From a virus, in the IMG/VR virus record IMGVR_UViG_3300005573_000004, positions 85,962 to 149,961 of that record: a stretch of 64,000 nt of DNA. The stretch is one strand, 5' to 3'. A program made the translations under genes and the position numbers. Below the pieces are notes generated by a model that was not told where the DNA came from, searched no databases, and saw only the letters and a program-made list of their open reading frames with translations. This document shows, piece by piece, positions 28,841 through 39,346 of this stretch; the first letter of the stretch is position 1; each line of letters opens with the position of its first letter.

Positions 28841-30559
28841 ATGGCATACACATCGCCAGGCGTTAGAATTACAAATCAATTTCAACCACTTGCAAATCCG
28901 GCTGTAGGTGGCGACAGATTATTAGCTATTGTAGGGAAAATACCAACAAATCCAAATCTTTTTCCAAGATTGAATGTTGAGGCTAGGAGAGCAAATTCAA
29001 ACCCAGATGCAATAACATTTTTAGTACCGGATCCATCTTTAGGTACTATCTCAGATAATCAGCGTGTAGTACGTATATGGCAAGGAGGTACACGATATAA
29101 TCCAGCTCCGGCAGACCATATTTATACAGTAACTCACGGATCATCAGGTGGTACAGATACTATAACTACTACTTTATCAACTCCAGCTTCAGGTGCAAAT
29201 GTTCTTGCTGTATATAGCAAAGTAGGAACAAGCTTTGTTAAATATATAGCAGGGACAGATTATACTTTTACTTTATCCAACGGATCAGGAGGCGAATTAC
29301 AAGTAACTATTGATTGGTCGCCGTCCGGAAGTGAACCACCAGCAAATGAAGATTATGTTGTAGTTATTGAAGATTCGTCTGTAGATTATACATATGCAGT
29401 AGATGATACTGTGGAAGGTAAAGTGACTGTATATGTATATTGGGGTACAATTTCTAGTAATAAACCAGAGACTGGATCTGCTTATATGGCTACTGTAATA
29501 TTACCATTTCCATATGATAGACAGATTATTACGTCTACAGATGAAGCATATCGTATGTTTGGACCGGTATTGGACCCGACAAATCCAGATCCTTCAAATG
29601 CATTTTATATTAATGAATTAGCAATGGCAGCTTATTTGGCATTTAACGAAGGTGCTGGACAAATTATGCTTGTTCCGTATGATACAACTACATTAACATA
29701 TGAAGCTGCTCTTGATTTGCTTAAATCGGATGATTTACCAAATATTATAACAGGTATTGATTCAACGGTAATTCAATCTGGTAATCCATCATTAAATAAC
29801 AAAATTATTAATCATGTTGAAGATGCTAGTTCTCAGCAGTTTCAGAAATTTCGTATTGGGATTTTAAATCCGTCAGTTGGAGATTTCAATGATGCTAAAA
29901 GTAAATATGCTAATATGGTAGCACTTGCAGATTCTCGTCGTATAATTATAGTAGGACCATCGCAATTAACTTTTAAAATTCCTATACCAGGAACAGGTGA
30001 ATATGTAGATTTTAAAACAGATGGTGGTTATGGTGGAGTAATTTTAGGAGCTATGATGAGTCGTATTGAATATGATTTAGCAACTTCTATGTTACGTAAA
30101 CCTTCTCGTACTATTTTTAAGGTTCGTAAAGATCAAGAATGGGATGATAGGAAATTAGATATTATTGCAGCTTTAGGTATTACATTATTTCAGAAAATGG
30201 ATGGAGTTTATAAATGCCGTGAAGATATAACGACATCTCAATCTGGAACAATTTTTGAAGCCGAACCGACTATTACTATGATTTCTGATAATATTGCAAA
30301 ATCTGCTATTAAGGTATTAGATGCAACAGTTATTGGAACTAAACTTTTATTGCCTACAACATTAGAAAATATAAAAGCACGACTCATAAGTATGTTGGAA
30401 AATAAAGCAAAGGCTCCATCTATTATTATAGGTTATGGATCACCAGAGATTTCAGTAGATAGTACTGATCCTAGAAAAATTAATGTAGTTATTCCAGTTC
30501 AACCAGTTCAGAAAGTTAGAGAAATCAATGTTACATTTAGTTATGTAGCATCACTATAA
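28841..30559 (+). CDS. Tail sheath protein
   Basis: MAYTSPGV N-terminus, FGP...NELA.AA.LAF.EGA, and C-terminal DPRKINV.I..QPV...I.V.F. Confidence 0.9.
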   Translation: MAYTSPGVRITNQFQPLANPAVGGDRLLAIVGKIPTNPNLFPRLNVEARRANSNPDAITFLVPDPSLGTISDNQRVVRIWQGGTRYNPAPADHIYTVTHGSSGGTDTITTTLSTPASGANVLAVYSKVGTSFVKYIAGTDYTFTLSNGSGGELQVTIDWSPSGSEPPANEDYVVVIEDSSVDYTYAVDDTVEGKVTVYVYWGTISSNKPETGSAYMATVILPFPYDRQIITSTDEAYRMFGPVLDPTNPDPSNAFYINELAMAAYLAFNEGAGQIMLVPYDTTTLTYEAALDLLKSDDLPNIITGIDSTVIQSGNPSLNNKIINHVEDASSQQFQKFRIGILNPSVGDFNDAKSKYANMVALADSRRIIIVGPSQLTFKIPIPGTGEYVDFKTDGGYGGVILGAMMSRIEYDLATSMLRKPSRTIFKVRKDQEWDDRKLDIIAALGITLFQKMDGVYKCREDITTSQSGTIFEAEPTITMISDNIAKSAIKVLDATVIGTKLLLPTTLENIKARLISMLENKAKAPSIIIGYGSPEISVDSTDPRKINVVIPVQPVQKVREINVTFSYVASL

Positions 30560-30570
30560 GGATCAATCGC

Positions 30571-31020
30571 GTGAATATATTAGAAGCTAACAGATATTTG
30601 AAGAGTTTGAAAAAATCTCGTGTCAAAAACAGGATGAAACTCTCTTTTACTGTTAGTAAAATTCTTCTTACTGCTATTGAGCGTGGCGGATCTTTTAAAA
30701 AAGAGATTCCTCAAGTTATAGAAGAACGTTTTAAAAAACAACCACGTCCAATTAAAGAGGATATAAGACAACTTATTATTAAGATGCAATCAAGTGTAAA
30801 TAAGGAGTTAATCTACAATCTCTCTCATATTACAGAAGTTGCACAAAAACTAGATAAAGACCAAAACGATTGGAGTGCTTTAAGATTATTAGTAGGTCCA
30901 AAATTATTGGACTTTTTGTCAAAACATATTGACATGACAGCTAAAGAATTTTTCTACAAATTGATTGGTAATAGCGGACAATTGGATAAAATATTTGATA
31001 CTACAAATCATATCTTATAG
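30571..31020 (+). CDS. Hypothetical protein between sheath and tube
   Basis: Open frame filling the gap; start uncertain. Confidence 0.5.
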   Translation: MNILEANRYLKSLKKSRVKNRMKLSFTVSKILLTAIERGGSFKKEIPQVIEERFKKQPRPIKEDIRQLIIKMQSSVNKELIYNLSHITEVAQKLDKDQNDWSALRLLVGPKLLDFLSKHIDMTAKEFFYKLIGNSGQLDKIFDTTNHIL

Positions 31021-31033
31021 GAGGTAAAATATT

Positions 31034-31579
31034 ATGGCGAATCTTTACGGTCCTTCAGCTCCAGGAGTTAGGACTCAAACAGTTTTTAGTTTACAAGTAG
31101 TTATAGGAAGCTCAGTTATAGAAAGCTCCAATAATACAACTGGTACAACGAACTCAACAGATGTACAAATTGGAACAGCAACTGAACTTAGTCCTAACCA
31201 CGAACGTTCTAATACGCTTATTGGTGGTGTAGGTATAGGTGATAGAATAATGGAGATCGTTCCTGGACGTTCAAAATATTCTGTTTCCTTAAAAAAATTT
31301 TCACTATGGACAAAAAGACTGGCGGAAATTTTTGGATATAGTAGAGATTTCAGAATGTTAGCAGAAATGCAAAAACCTTTTGATATTAAAGTTTATCACG
31401 TTAATCCAAATAATAAAGATGAAGTTGAAGTTACCATATATAGGAATTGTGTGATTAGAAGTTGGAGACGTAGACAAGAATGGTCTGATGAAGTAGTTAT
31501 TGCAGATGATGTAGAAGTTGATGTTACTTCAATAGATGCAAATAAAACACTATGGCCATCATTAAGTGAATTATTCTAA
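31034..31579 (+). CDS. Tail tube protein
   Basis: Follows the sheath gene; IG...EIVPG, Q.PFDI and YRNCVI motifs typical of myovirus tubes. Confidence 0.85.
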   Translation: MANLYGPSAPGVRTQTVFSLQVVIGSSVIESSNNTTGTTNSTDVQIGTATELSPNHERSNTLIGGVGIGDRIMEIVPGRSKYSVSLKKFSLWTKRLAEIFGYSRDFRMLAEMQKPFDIKVYHVNPNNKDEVEVTIYRNCVIRSWRRRQEWSDEVVIADDVEVDVTSIDANKTLWPSLSELF

Positions 31580-31601
31580 ACTAATTTAAAGGAGGTGCCC
31601 A

Positions 31602-31967
31602 ATGGGAGCACTTGAAGATTTAAAAGTTCTTATTATGGAAGGAATGCTAGAGAAGGAAGTTGAAGTAAAATTAAAGGACAAGGTTTTTAAATTTAAAATT
31701 CGTACTATGACGCTTTTGGAAGATTTAAAGGCTATGCAGGACGCAGGTTTAACTGATGTTCCTAAAAATGGTGTAGAAAACTTTAATTATATTCTTGCTG
31801 CTATTCCTTATATTGTTAAAGAAGTTAATGGAGAACCAGTCAAACCTGAAACTCTTAAAGAATTTATCGGGGTATTTCCCGGTGATGTTGTAATGCAAAT
31901 ATTTGACGCATATAATCAATTACGTTCTAGAGAAATAAAAGCAGGTGAAGAACTAAAAAACTCCTAA
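31602..31967 (+). CDS. Tail assembly chaperone (gpG-like)
   Basis: Between tube and TMP; ends at slippery A AAA AAC. Confidence 0.8.
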   Translation: MGALEDLKVLIMEGMLEKEVEVKLKDKVFKFKIRTMTLLEDLKAMQDAGLTDVPKNGVENFNYILAAIPYIVKEVNGEPVKPETLKEFIGVFPGDVVMQIFDAYNQLRSREIKAGEELKNS

Positions 31968-32356
31968 ACGACTCCGAGTTTCGTGCCTATTGGCAATTAA
32001 TAAGATCCGCGGCCGGGGTCGTTAGTGAGGAAAGATTTAGCGGATCTAAACGTACCCCAAATAGATTACAACTTATTTGGTCGGTACTGAATATGCGATT
32101 AGATGAGGGTGTTCCAATAGAAGATCTTGAAGTTGCTGAACAGGATATTTCTACTGTTCCTGATTTCTTTATTTTTGAATTATCACAACATATGTCTAGG
32201 GCTGATATTGCAAAGAAATTCCATACTACTGAAGAAGAAATAGACAAAATCATTACGAGATATATCGAAGTAGCAGCTAGACTCAATCAAGTAAAAGAGA
32301 AACTAGACACGGAATTGCGAGAAAAATATAAAAATACATCAGATAATATAGGGTGA
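31602..32356 (+). CDS. Tail assembly chaperone -1 frameshift product (gpGT-like)
   Basis: The -1 frame from 31958 is open through track ORF 32093-32356 up to the TMP start. Confidence 0.8.
31955..32047 (+). promoter_or_regulatory. -1 programmed frameshift signal: slippery heptamer plus H-type pseudoknot
   Basis: AAAAAAC at 31955-31961; stem 1 31967-31976/32014-32023; stem 2 32003-32010/32040-32047. Confidence 0.8.
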
Positions 32357-34014
32357 CTTTTATGGCAGATTTAGAATTAAATAAGATTATAGAAGAGTTA
32401 AAAAAGGCTACACAAGATCTCAAAGAAGTTTTTGAGATGAAAGATTTGGATGATAAATCTACCCTTCTTTTGACTAAACTTAAAGCTGTCGAAACCCTAT
32501 TTGCCTCCCTTAATAAATTGGAAGAAAAATCTAAAACCAATATATTAAATTTAACCAAAAGCCAAAAAGCTTGGACGGATGAAGCTAAAAAGACTAAAAA
32601 AGCTATTGAAGAAGCTTTTATAGCGAATGCGGAAAAACGTATTTCAAAGATGAAAGGTGTTGATTATGAGGAACAACGAGCTACTAATGAAATGGTCGGA
32701 CAGCTTCGGTTATTGCAGAGAATTGGAGATAAAGAAACAGCATCATTAGCTACTAATAAACTTCGTGTATATTACACTACTGTTTGGACAAAACAAGTTG
32801 GAAATGCCCTTCAAATAGCTAAACAGTTTACATCTGAAGAAGGAATGGCAGGAGGGCTTAGTAGCTTAGCTACAGCTGGAATTAGTAAAGGTCTAGGAAG
32901 TATTATTGGAGGATTAACAGCTGGGGGTATTGGAGCAGTTTCAACTTTTATGGTAGGGATTATCGGTGTAGGTACAATCGCTTATAGTCTTTATCAAAAT
33001 TTGCATCAGTTAAAGGATCGTGTAGCTGGTTATACTACTATGATAGGATCAAGTACAAAATCCAGTTATGAAGTAGCCAGACAAGCTGAATTTTATTCTG
33101 GGACTCTTGCTAAAGCTTCTCACGATTTTGCTATGAAGACAGACGAAGTAAGATCAGCTCATAGTATTTTTGCTCAGAATTTAATGGTTGAATCAGAAGA
33201 TTTTTTTAATATTCTGAAAAGTGGAACAAAGAGTTTAGGAGGTATCCGTCGCTATGCTACAGCATTTGGACTTTCTTATGATGATGCTACTCAAGCATCT
33301 ATACTTTTAACTAATACACAACGTAAATTAGTTGGAGCAAAAAAAGCTGAAGAAGCAGCTACTAAAGATTCAATTTATTTATTTTCTAATTTAAGATATG
33401 CAGCTAGGAAAACTGGTATAGCACTTCCAGCTTTAGAAAGAGCTGCCAGAAGTGCTGTTTCTTCTACTAATGAATATGCTACATCTGCAGAATCAGTTAG
33501 CAGAATGATGACTATGCTTTTGACTCAAAAAAGTTCGGTAGCTCCTGCTACAGCTGAACAAGCTGCAAGCGATGTGGCAGCTATTACTAGTGCTATTAGA
33601 AGTATGCCATTAACAGCAAAAATGTTAGCTATGCCTCAAGCAGGTTTAGGAGCAGGGATTGAAATGATGGGATTAGATCCTATGCAATTATTAGAAAAAT
33701 TTAGGGGGCTAATGGGAGGAAAACTCATGTTTTCAGATGCAGATTCACCAGCTATAAAGCAATTAAAAATGCTTTTAGCTAGTTCTATTACTGGAATTCG
33801 AAATGATAGGATGCTTTATCAGATGTTAGATAGGAAATCATCTGAAACTGCTAAAGCGGACCTTACCCGATTTGAACAAGATAAACAACTTATAATGAAC
33901 GCCGATAAAAATCAAAAAGATACACAAGGATTTACGATTGCTTTTGCTCGTGCTATTATTTCATTATTAACACAACTGAACAATAGTTTAGCTATTTTAG
34001 TTGGTGGAGGCTAA
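32353..34014 (+). CDS. Tape measure protein
   Basis: Follows the chaperones; Ala-rich helical with a Gly-rich hydrophobic stretch. Confidence 0.75.
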   Translation: MTFMADLELNKIIEELKKATQDLKEVFEMKDLDDKSTLLLTKLKAVETLFASLNKLEEKSKTNILNLTKSQKAWTDEAKKTKKAIEEAFIANAEKRISKMKGVDYEEQRATNEMVGQLRLLQRIGDKETASLATNKLRVYYTTVWTKQVGNALQIAKQFTSEEGMAGGLSSLATAGISKGLGSIIGGLTAGGIGAVSTFMVGIIGVGTIAYSLYQNLHQLKDRVAGYTTMIGSSTKSSYEVARQAEFYSGTLAKASHDFAMKTDEVRSAHSIFAQNLMVESEDFFNILKSGTKSLGGIRRYATAFGLSYDDATQASILLTNTQRKLVGAKKAEEAATKDSIYLFSNLRYAARKTGIALPALERAARSAVSSTNEYATSAESVSRMMTMLLTQKSSVAPATAEQAASDVAAITSAIRSMPLTAKMLAMPQAGLGAGIEMMGLDPMQLLEKFRGLMGGKLMFSDADSPAIKQLKMLLASSITGIRNDRMLYQMLDRKSSETAKADLTRFEQDKQLIMNADKNQKDTQGFTIAFARAIISLLTQLNNSLAILVGGG

Positions 34015-34019
34015 GATAT

Positions 34020-34919
34020 ATGGATATTAATAATTGGCAATCAAGTCTTGGTCAAAATTTAGGACAAAATTTTGACGCCTTTAAAACTAAAATTAATATG
34101 TGGAATCAAGCTATTAATCTTTATGCTTCAACTAGTCCAGGTGGAGCTAGCAAGGATTTTGATTTACCTTTAGCTACTAGACTATTAGCTATTTCTGTAT
34201 ATGGAAATAATTTTTTAGAAACAGTACTTCCAGCTCTTGTTATGCCAGTTAATCCAAAGCAACTTAGAGTAGATCATAAGAAGAAGAGTAGTTATAGATA
34301 TACATTGGGTGGATTTGTATTGAATCATTGGCATCCAGACTTAACTACGATTACAGCTAATGGATATATTCCATCATTTCAGGGAAAATCTAAACCACTA
34401 TCTTTATCTTTTTGGTATTTTATGGCTTTATTGCAGTTATATAGAAAATGCGGTGAAGTGGATACTACTGTCGCGCCACCGGTACCGGCAGTACTACCGA
34501 TGGATTCTATTATGAATTCTCAGCAACCTACTATTCCTCCGGATTTACCTGCTTCTGCTGAAGGAGAACCTCCTATGCCTTCAGAAATGGAAACTTCGCC
34601 AACTACTACTGTCAATTTAATAGCCCAACAAACTTCATTACGTAATGCTGAACTTGTATTATGGTATAATACAGATATTTATATAGGAATTTTTACTAAT
34701 TTTACAATAGAAGAAGATGAAGAACATCCAAACACACTTTTATATAATTTTACTTTTTCTGCAAGATCATACAGAAATATAATTGGAGACACTATTCCAA
34801 TTGCAGATATTGTTCGTGGCACTATTGATACTGTTATTGGAATTTCAGCATTAAAAGGTACTTTTGCTGGACCAGGAAGTTCTTTAGATGTTGGGCCAGC
34901 AGGAAAAATTTTCAAATAG
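34020..34919 (+). CDS. Baseplate tube-initiator-like protein
   Basis: MPVNP..L...TLGG....HW and Y.G.F.NF.I.E......YNF.F motifs; after TMP. Confidence 0.65.
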   Translation: MDINNWQSSLGQNLGQNFDAFKTKINMWNQAINLYASTSPGGASKDFDLPLATRLLAISVYGNNFLETVLPALVMPVNPKQLRVDHKKKSSYRYTLGGFVLNHWHPDLTTITANGYIPSFQGKSKPLSLSFWYFMALLQLYRKCGEVDTTVAPPVPAVLPMDSIMNSQQPTIPPDLPASAEGEPPMPSEMETSPTTTVNLIAQQTSLRNAELVLWYNTDIYIGIFTNFTIEEDEEHPNTLLYNFTFSARSYRNIIGDTIPIADIVRGTIDTVIGISALKGTFAGPGSSLDVGPAGKIFK

Positions 34920-34927
34920 GAAAAATT

Positions 34928-37900
34928 ATGGCTGATTTAGATTCTCTAAAACAATTAATTCTATCAAATAATATTGGCCAGATAACTAGAGATAATGTAA
35001 TTATTCAAGCTCCTGATATTCTTATTTATAAGAATAATATTAACGTTTTTAAAGGCGGAGCACCTCTTGAAGCAGCTGATTATGAAATTATGAGTTTACC
35101 ATTCAATCAGGAAGTTGCTGACTTTAGATTAATTAGTTTAACTATTAACGCTGATACAAATCCTAATCCACATACTGCGAGTCTACAATTTGCAATCCCT
35201 ACCGCACAAAATGATACAAAAGTAACATATGTTACTGAATTAGACCTTCCAAATGAAATGGATAAATGGTATTTGATGGACCGTGTAGAAATCTGGATTT
35301 CACCAAATAAAGGAGTATTACCATATATACGTTCATTTGTTGGATGTGTAACATCTTTATCTTATGAAATTCGTGAGTATCAGTTTATTTTTACTGTTCA
35401 GTTAAAGGATATGATGTTTTGGCTAGATCAGGCTAGAGTACAAACTAACTGGTCCATGTTTGATTTAGCTCTTCGTCGTCCACAGTATATTACAGACCCA
35501 AAAGATACATCTAAATGGATGATTTATTCTAATAGATTTGCTGGTCTTAATTTTAGACATTTAATTGAGAAAGTGTTATTTAATCGAAAAGTTAAAGATT
35601 TACCATATAGTGCAATAGCTGGGTCTAAAGTTGAAGGTAATCCAAAAGAGTATGATTTATATGAAAATGAAGAATTTAATTTATTACCAGTTTATAGTGC
35701 TGGAGAAATGTATGCTATTTTAGCTTCAGTTGGAATCAATCAAAGTCCGGTAGCAGAGCTTCCATATAGTTCTAAGTTTAGGAATGCTGTAGTTAACTCT
35801 ATTCAAAACGCTCCTGGTGGAGCAATTGCGAAGCAACTTCCACAAGGTTCTGATTCTACAAAGCTTGGTATAAATGCTAATGTAATAGCACAAAAAGTAA
35901 AATCTGTTGATTCAAACCCTCCATTACAAGTAAATGATATTGCTTTTGGTTTTGTTGAAAATGTTGCAGAAGCAGAAGAATTACGTGCTATGCAAATTAG
36001 AAATCAAAAAGCCATGAGTTTATATTGGGAATTTGCATTTTTTAGTTATATAAGAGAGAATTATATTTCTTTAATACGAGAAGATGATATAGCTCTAATG
36101 CCTTTTCCTTGGGAATCTGATTCTAATTCGTTAGTATTATATGAAGGAAAATTTTCTTCCAGAGGGCAAATTATTAGACAATTGTCAGAACAAACTCTAT
36201 ATGAAATTTATCAATCTAATCAAGGATTTATATTTGTCAAACCACCATTATATAACGCTCCTCCTATTAATAATATTCAGGCTTCTGAAATTTCAGATAT
36301 AGTTAAACAGGAAAATATTGATCCAGTTTTAACTTCAGCAACTACAGAAGGTATTATAGACTGGAAGACTATGGATAAAGAAATGCCGCAAGTAACTATT
36401 CCTAAAAATGAATATCCATTTGTATTAGGTGCCTATCAGATATTATTTCCAAAAAATTTTAAACTGGAGACACCAGAAAATTTTGATTTTAGAGATGATG
36501 CTTTGGCATTTAGAGTACCAATTGATTCTGTTCCTGCTTATACTCAGATTTGGATCCAGTTACAAAACGAAAATGATAGATTTGTCAAAGACTCATTAGT
36601 TCTTAAATTAAAAGAGGAAGTTAAATCAAATGGTCAAATAGTTAAACTTGATCCTTTAGTAGGGGAAAAGCCTCAAGTTTTAATCAATGTTATGTTATGG
36701 AAATTTTATTATAAAGTATTAGATCCAGTTCAAATTTCAGCTTTAAACTCTGGTTTAAATGCTCAAATATTTTATTTAGAGTTTAGTACGAAAGGCAGAA
36801 CGGTTGGTACTGTTGTTGCATTAGATCTCTTTTTTGCTTTTATTGAAGAATGGCTACTTGCACATATGAAAGACTTTGGTATATCTGATCCTGTGCAGAT
36901 TCGAAAAATTAATTATAATATTTACACTAAAATTAAGCAGATTTTAGACACAAATAGGGTAAATACGAATAAAGAAAGTGGCGAGATATCGAACCAGGCA
37001 GTTGTAGAAGAAGAACGTCAAAATGAAATAGAGAAATTTAATAATAATGATTTATATCAAACCATTATTAGTAGTTTCTCACCCACAACATCAGGATCTT
37101 TTAGTCTTATGGAAAGATTTTTTATTTCACCTGGTGGATATCAATCTGTAGATGCCTATGTTGAAGCAACATTTTCTTATAAGAAAATTAATTTGGACCC
37201 CTCGTACAAACAAGAGAATGCACAGTGGATTAGTGAGGAAGTTAGAAGAGTACATCCTTCTAATTTAGAAAAACCTACGGTTTTAATATTAATCGGTGGA
37301 ATACTTGCAGCAGAAAGCTACAAACTTAAATCATATTCTACAGGTGAATATAATATTATGCAGCATGGATTTAGAGACGTAAAATTAAATAATAATTTAA
37401 TTCGTTCTAATTTAGGAGCATCGGTATTTTCTAAATATTATTTATATAAAAATAATGTTCAGGCTAAAACTTATACATTTACGCTACAAACGTTACGTCC
37501 TGATATTGTGCCAGGATTTCCAATATTAAATACTATAGATGGATGTGTATATTATGTGCAATCTATAGCTTTATCACTTACTGCAGGAGAATCTACTCAA
37601 ACAACTGTAACTTGTGTTGCAAGGAGGCGTCCACTTTTTGGACTTACTGACTATGTAATAGAAGAAGGTATTCTTGGGGATGCAAATAATTATTTAGAAG
37701 CTCTATCTACTTGGGAGCAATATTCAGAAGAAACATTAGATGGATTACCCATTTTTACTACATCATTAGAAGCAGCATCAAATCCAGCGTATACTTTTTT
37801 AGGATGGGAAATGTATGGTCCATCTGATAATGATTTAGGTGAAATTTTTACTAATGCAAGTGGAATTTTCCTTCCACCATTTGGTGGATATTTAACTGCA

Positions 37901-38563
37901 GATTTAGCAGGATTAGTTAAAACTGGTTTAGAAGACCTAGATACTACAATGAGTATAGTTTTTTATGGCTATGATGAAAAAACAGGATATTTTTATAGAT
38001 TCGGATTACTACCTAGCGACTATTTTGGTCCTGGAGCACCACGTGGAACAGTTCTTTGGGATGAAGATCCTGCACTTTTTGCATCAGCTCGTAATAAAGA
38101 CACATATATTTTTGGTTGGAACCCAGCTTCTCCAGGAATAAGAAAGGAAGGAGAAATTTTTATTACTCCTATTATAGATTTTAGAGGACAAGATATTTTA
38201 TTTGTATATAAGGATGAGGGGACAGAGATTAATCCAACAGTTAAAGTAGTTGGACTGGAGAATAATAATAGAGTTATAAAGTATTCTGTTACAAAATTAC
38301 ACATAATAGAACCAAAACAATTAGAATCTATATTGAAAAAAACAACATATTTAAGTGACAAAGAAAATTCTTATTTATCTGGGACATTTGAAGGCAACGT
38401 ATCTACCCTTGAAAGGCAAGATTTAACTACTGCTTATAATCCAACCTTATATTATCGAAGAATAGCTATGATAAACGACTTAGTAAGTAAGCAAGAAGCT
38501 ACTATATCTAAGTTGCCAAAGAAGTGGGTAGGTAATAAAAAGGGAGGAAATACTAATGGCTAA
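34928..38563 (+). CDS. Baseplate hub protein (large, with insertions)
   Basis: MDRVEIW...F.G.V, G.IF.KPPLYN, HGFR and RPDI.PGFP...YYV.S segments typical of hub proteins. Confidence 0.65.
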   Translation: MADLDSLKQLILSNNIGQITRDNVIIQAPDILIYKNNINVFKGGAPLEAADYEIMSLPFNQEVADFRLISLTINADTNPNPHTASLQFAIPTAQNDTKVTYVTELDLPNEMDKWYLMDRVEIWISPNKGVLPYIRSFVGCVTSLSYEIREYQFIFTVQLKDMMFWLDQARVQTNWSMFDLALRRPQYITDPKDTSKWMIYSNRFAGLNFRHLIEKVLFNRKVKDLPYSAIAGSKVEGNPKEYDLYENEEFNLLPVYSAGEMYAILASVGINQSPVAELPYSSKFRNAVVNSIQNAPGGAIAKQLPQGSDSTKLGINANVIAQKVKSVDSNPPLQVNDIAFGFVENVAEAEELRAMQIRNQKAMSLYWEFAFFSYIRENYISLIREDDIALMPFPWESDSNSLVLYEGKFSSRGQIIRQLSEQTLYEIYQSNQGFIFVKPPLYNAPPINNIQASEISDIVKQENIDPVLTSATTEGIIDWKTMDKEMPQVTIPKNEYPFVLGAYQILFPKNFKLETPENFDFRDDALAFRVPIDSVPAYTQIWIQLQNENDRFVKDSLVLKLKEEVKSNGQIVKLDPLVGEKPQVLINVMLWKFYYKVLDPVQISALNSGLNAQIFYLEFSTKGRTVGTVVALDLFFAFIEEWLLAHMKDFGISDPVQIRKINYNIYTKIKQILDTNRVNTNKESGEISNQAVVEEERQNEIEKFNNNDLYQTIISSFSPTTSGSFSLMERFFISPGGYQSVDAYVEATFSYKKINLDPSYKQENAQWISEEVRRVHPSNLEKPTVLILIGGILAAESYKLKSYSTGEYNIMQHGFRDVKLNNNLIRSNLGASVFSKYYLYKNNVQAKTYTFTLQTLRPDIVPGFPILNTIDGCVYYVQSIALSLTAGESTQTTVTCVARRRPLFGLTDYVIEEGILGDANNYLEALSTWEQYSEETLDGLPIFTTSLEAASNPAYTFLGWEMYGPSDNDLGEIFTNASGIFLPPFGGYLTADLAGLVKTGLEDLDTTMSIVFYGYDEKTGYFYRFGLLPSDYFGPGAPRGTVLWDEDPALFASARNKDTYIFGWNPASPGIRKEGEIFITPIIDFRGQDILFVYKDEGTEINPTVKVVGLENNNRVIKYSVTKLHIIEPKQLESILKKTTYLSDKENSYLSGTFEGNVSTLERQDLTTAYNPTLYYRRIAMINDLVSKQEATISKLPKKWVGNKKGGNTNG

Positions 38564-39335
38564 TCCTATTTTTGCTAGAAGAATTGGCAGATTATTTAAT
38601 ACTCCTATAAATAATGAAATGGGTATGTCCGAGCTTTTTCCATATGCTGGAGTTATTATGTCAGTAGATGAAAAAGCATTGTTAGCAACTGTTAGTACTA
38701 GCAATGGAATAGTTACTAATGTTAAAATTCCTATTTTATCTTATAGTCTTGATACTGGTATTTTCCATAAACCTTCTGTAGGAGATTATTGTTTGGTAGT
38801 TTCGACTGCTCGTGATGAGAAATATATTATCGGTTTTTATTCATTTAATTCTATACAGGAACTAACTAATCAAAATAGAGTAATGCCGAAAGAACACACT
38901 TTAGTTATTAAAACTAAAGCAGGTGATACAATACAACTTTCTATAGATGAGGCTACTCCAACTATATCAGTACAGAGTCCAAAAAAACTTCAGCTCCAGG
39001 TTGACTTAGACAAAAAAAGTGGTATAATTAGTATAGATTCTACAGATACAGATGTGACTATGAAATTAAGTGTTGTTGATAAGGACGCAGGAAAAGAAAA
39101 AGCTTCAATTGAATTTGGTACTGAAACTGGTGATATGACTCTAAAGACTGAAAATGCTTCAATTGAAATGAAGAGTACAGGAGAGGTAAGTGTTAATAAT
39201 GGTCAGTCTCCTGTTGTTACTTTAGATATGTTAGCAGCCTTGGTAACTAGCGGGTCTGCCGCTTTTATCAACAGTGGAGCCTTCATCGGTGCAATTAATA
39301 CGGAAAAAACTAAACCATATAAATTTACAGCATAA
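38556..39335 (+). CDS. Baseplate spike (gpV/gp5-like OB-fold plus beta-helix)
   Basis: G.I.SVD...NVKIP...P.VGD.C.V motif followed by beta-strand repeats. Confidence 0.7.
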   Translation: MANPIFARRIGRLFNTPINNEMGMSELFPYAGVIMSVDEKALLATVSTSNGIVTNVKIPILSYSLDTGIFHKPSVGDYCLVVSTARDEKYIIGFYSFNSIQELTNQNRVMPKEHTLVIKTKAGDTIQLSIDEATPTISVQSPKKLQLQVDLDKKSGIISIDSTDTDVTMKLSVVDKDAGKEKASIEFGTETGDMTLKTENASIEMKSTGEVSVNNGQSPVVTLDMLAALVTSGSAAFINSGAFIGAINTEKTKPYKFTA

Positions 39336-39346
39336 GAGGAAAACTA

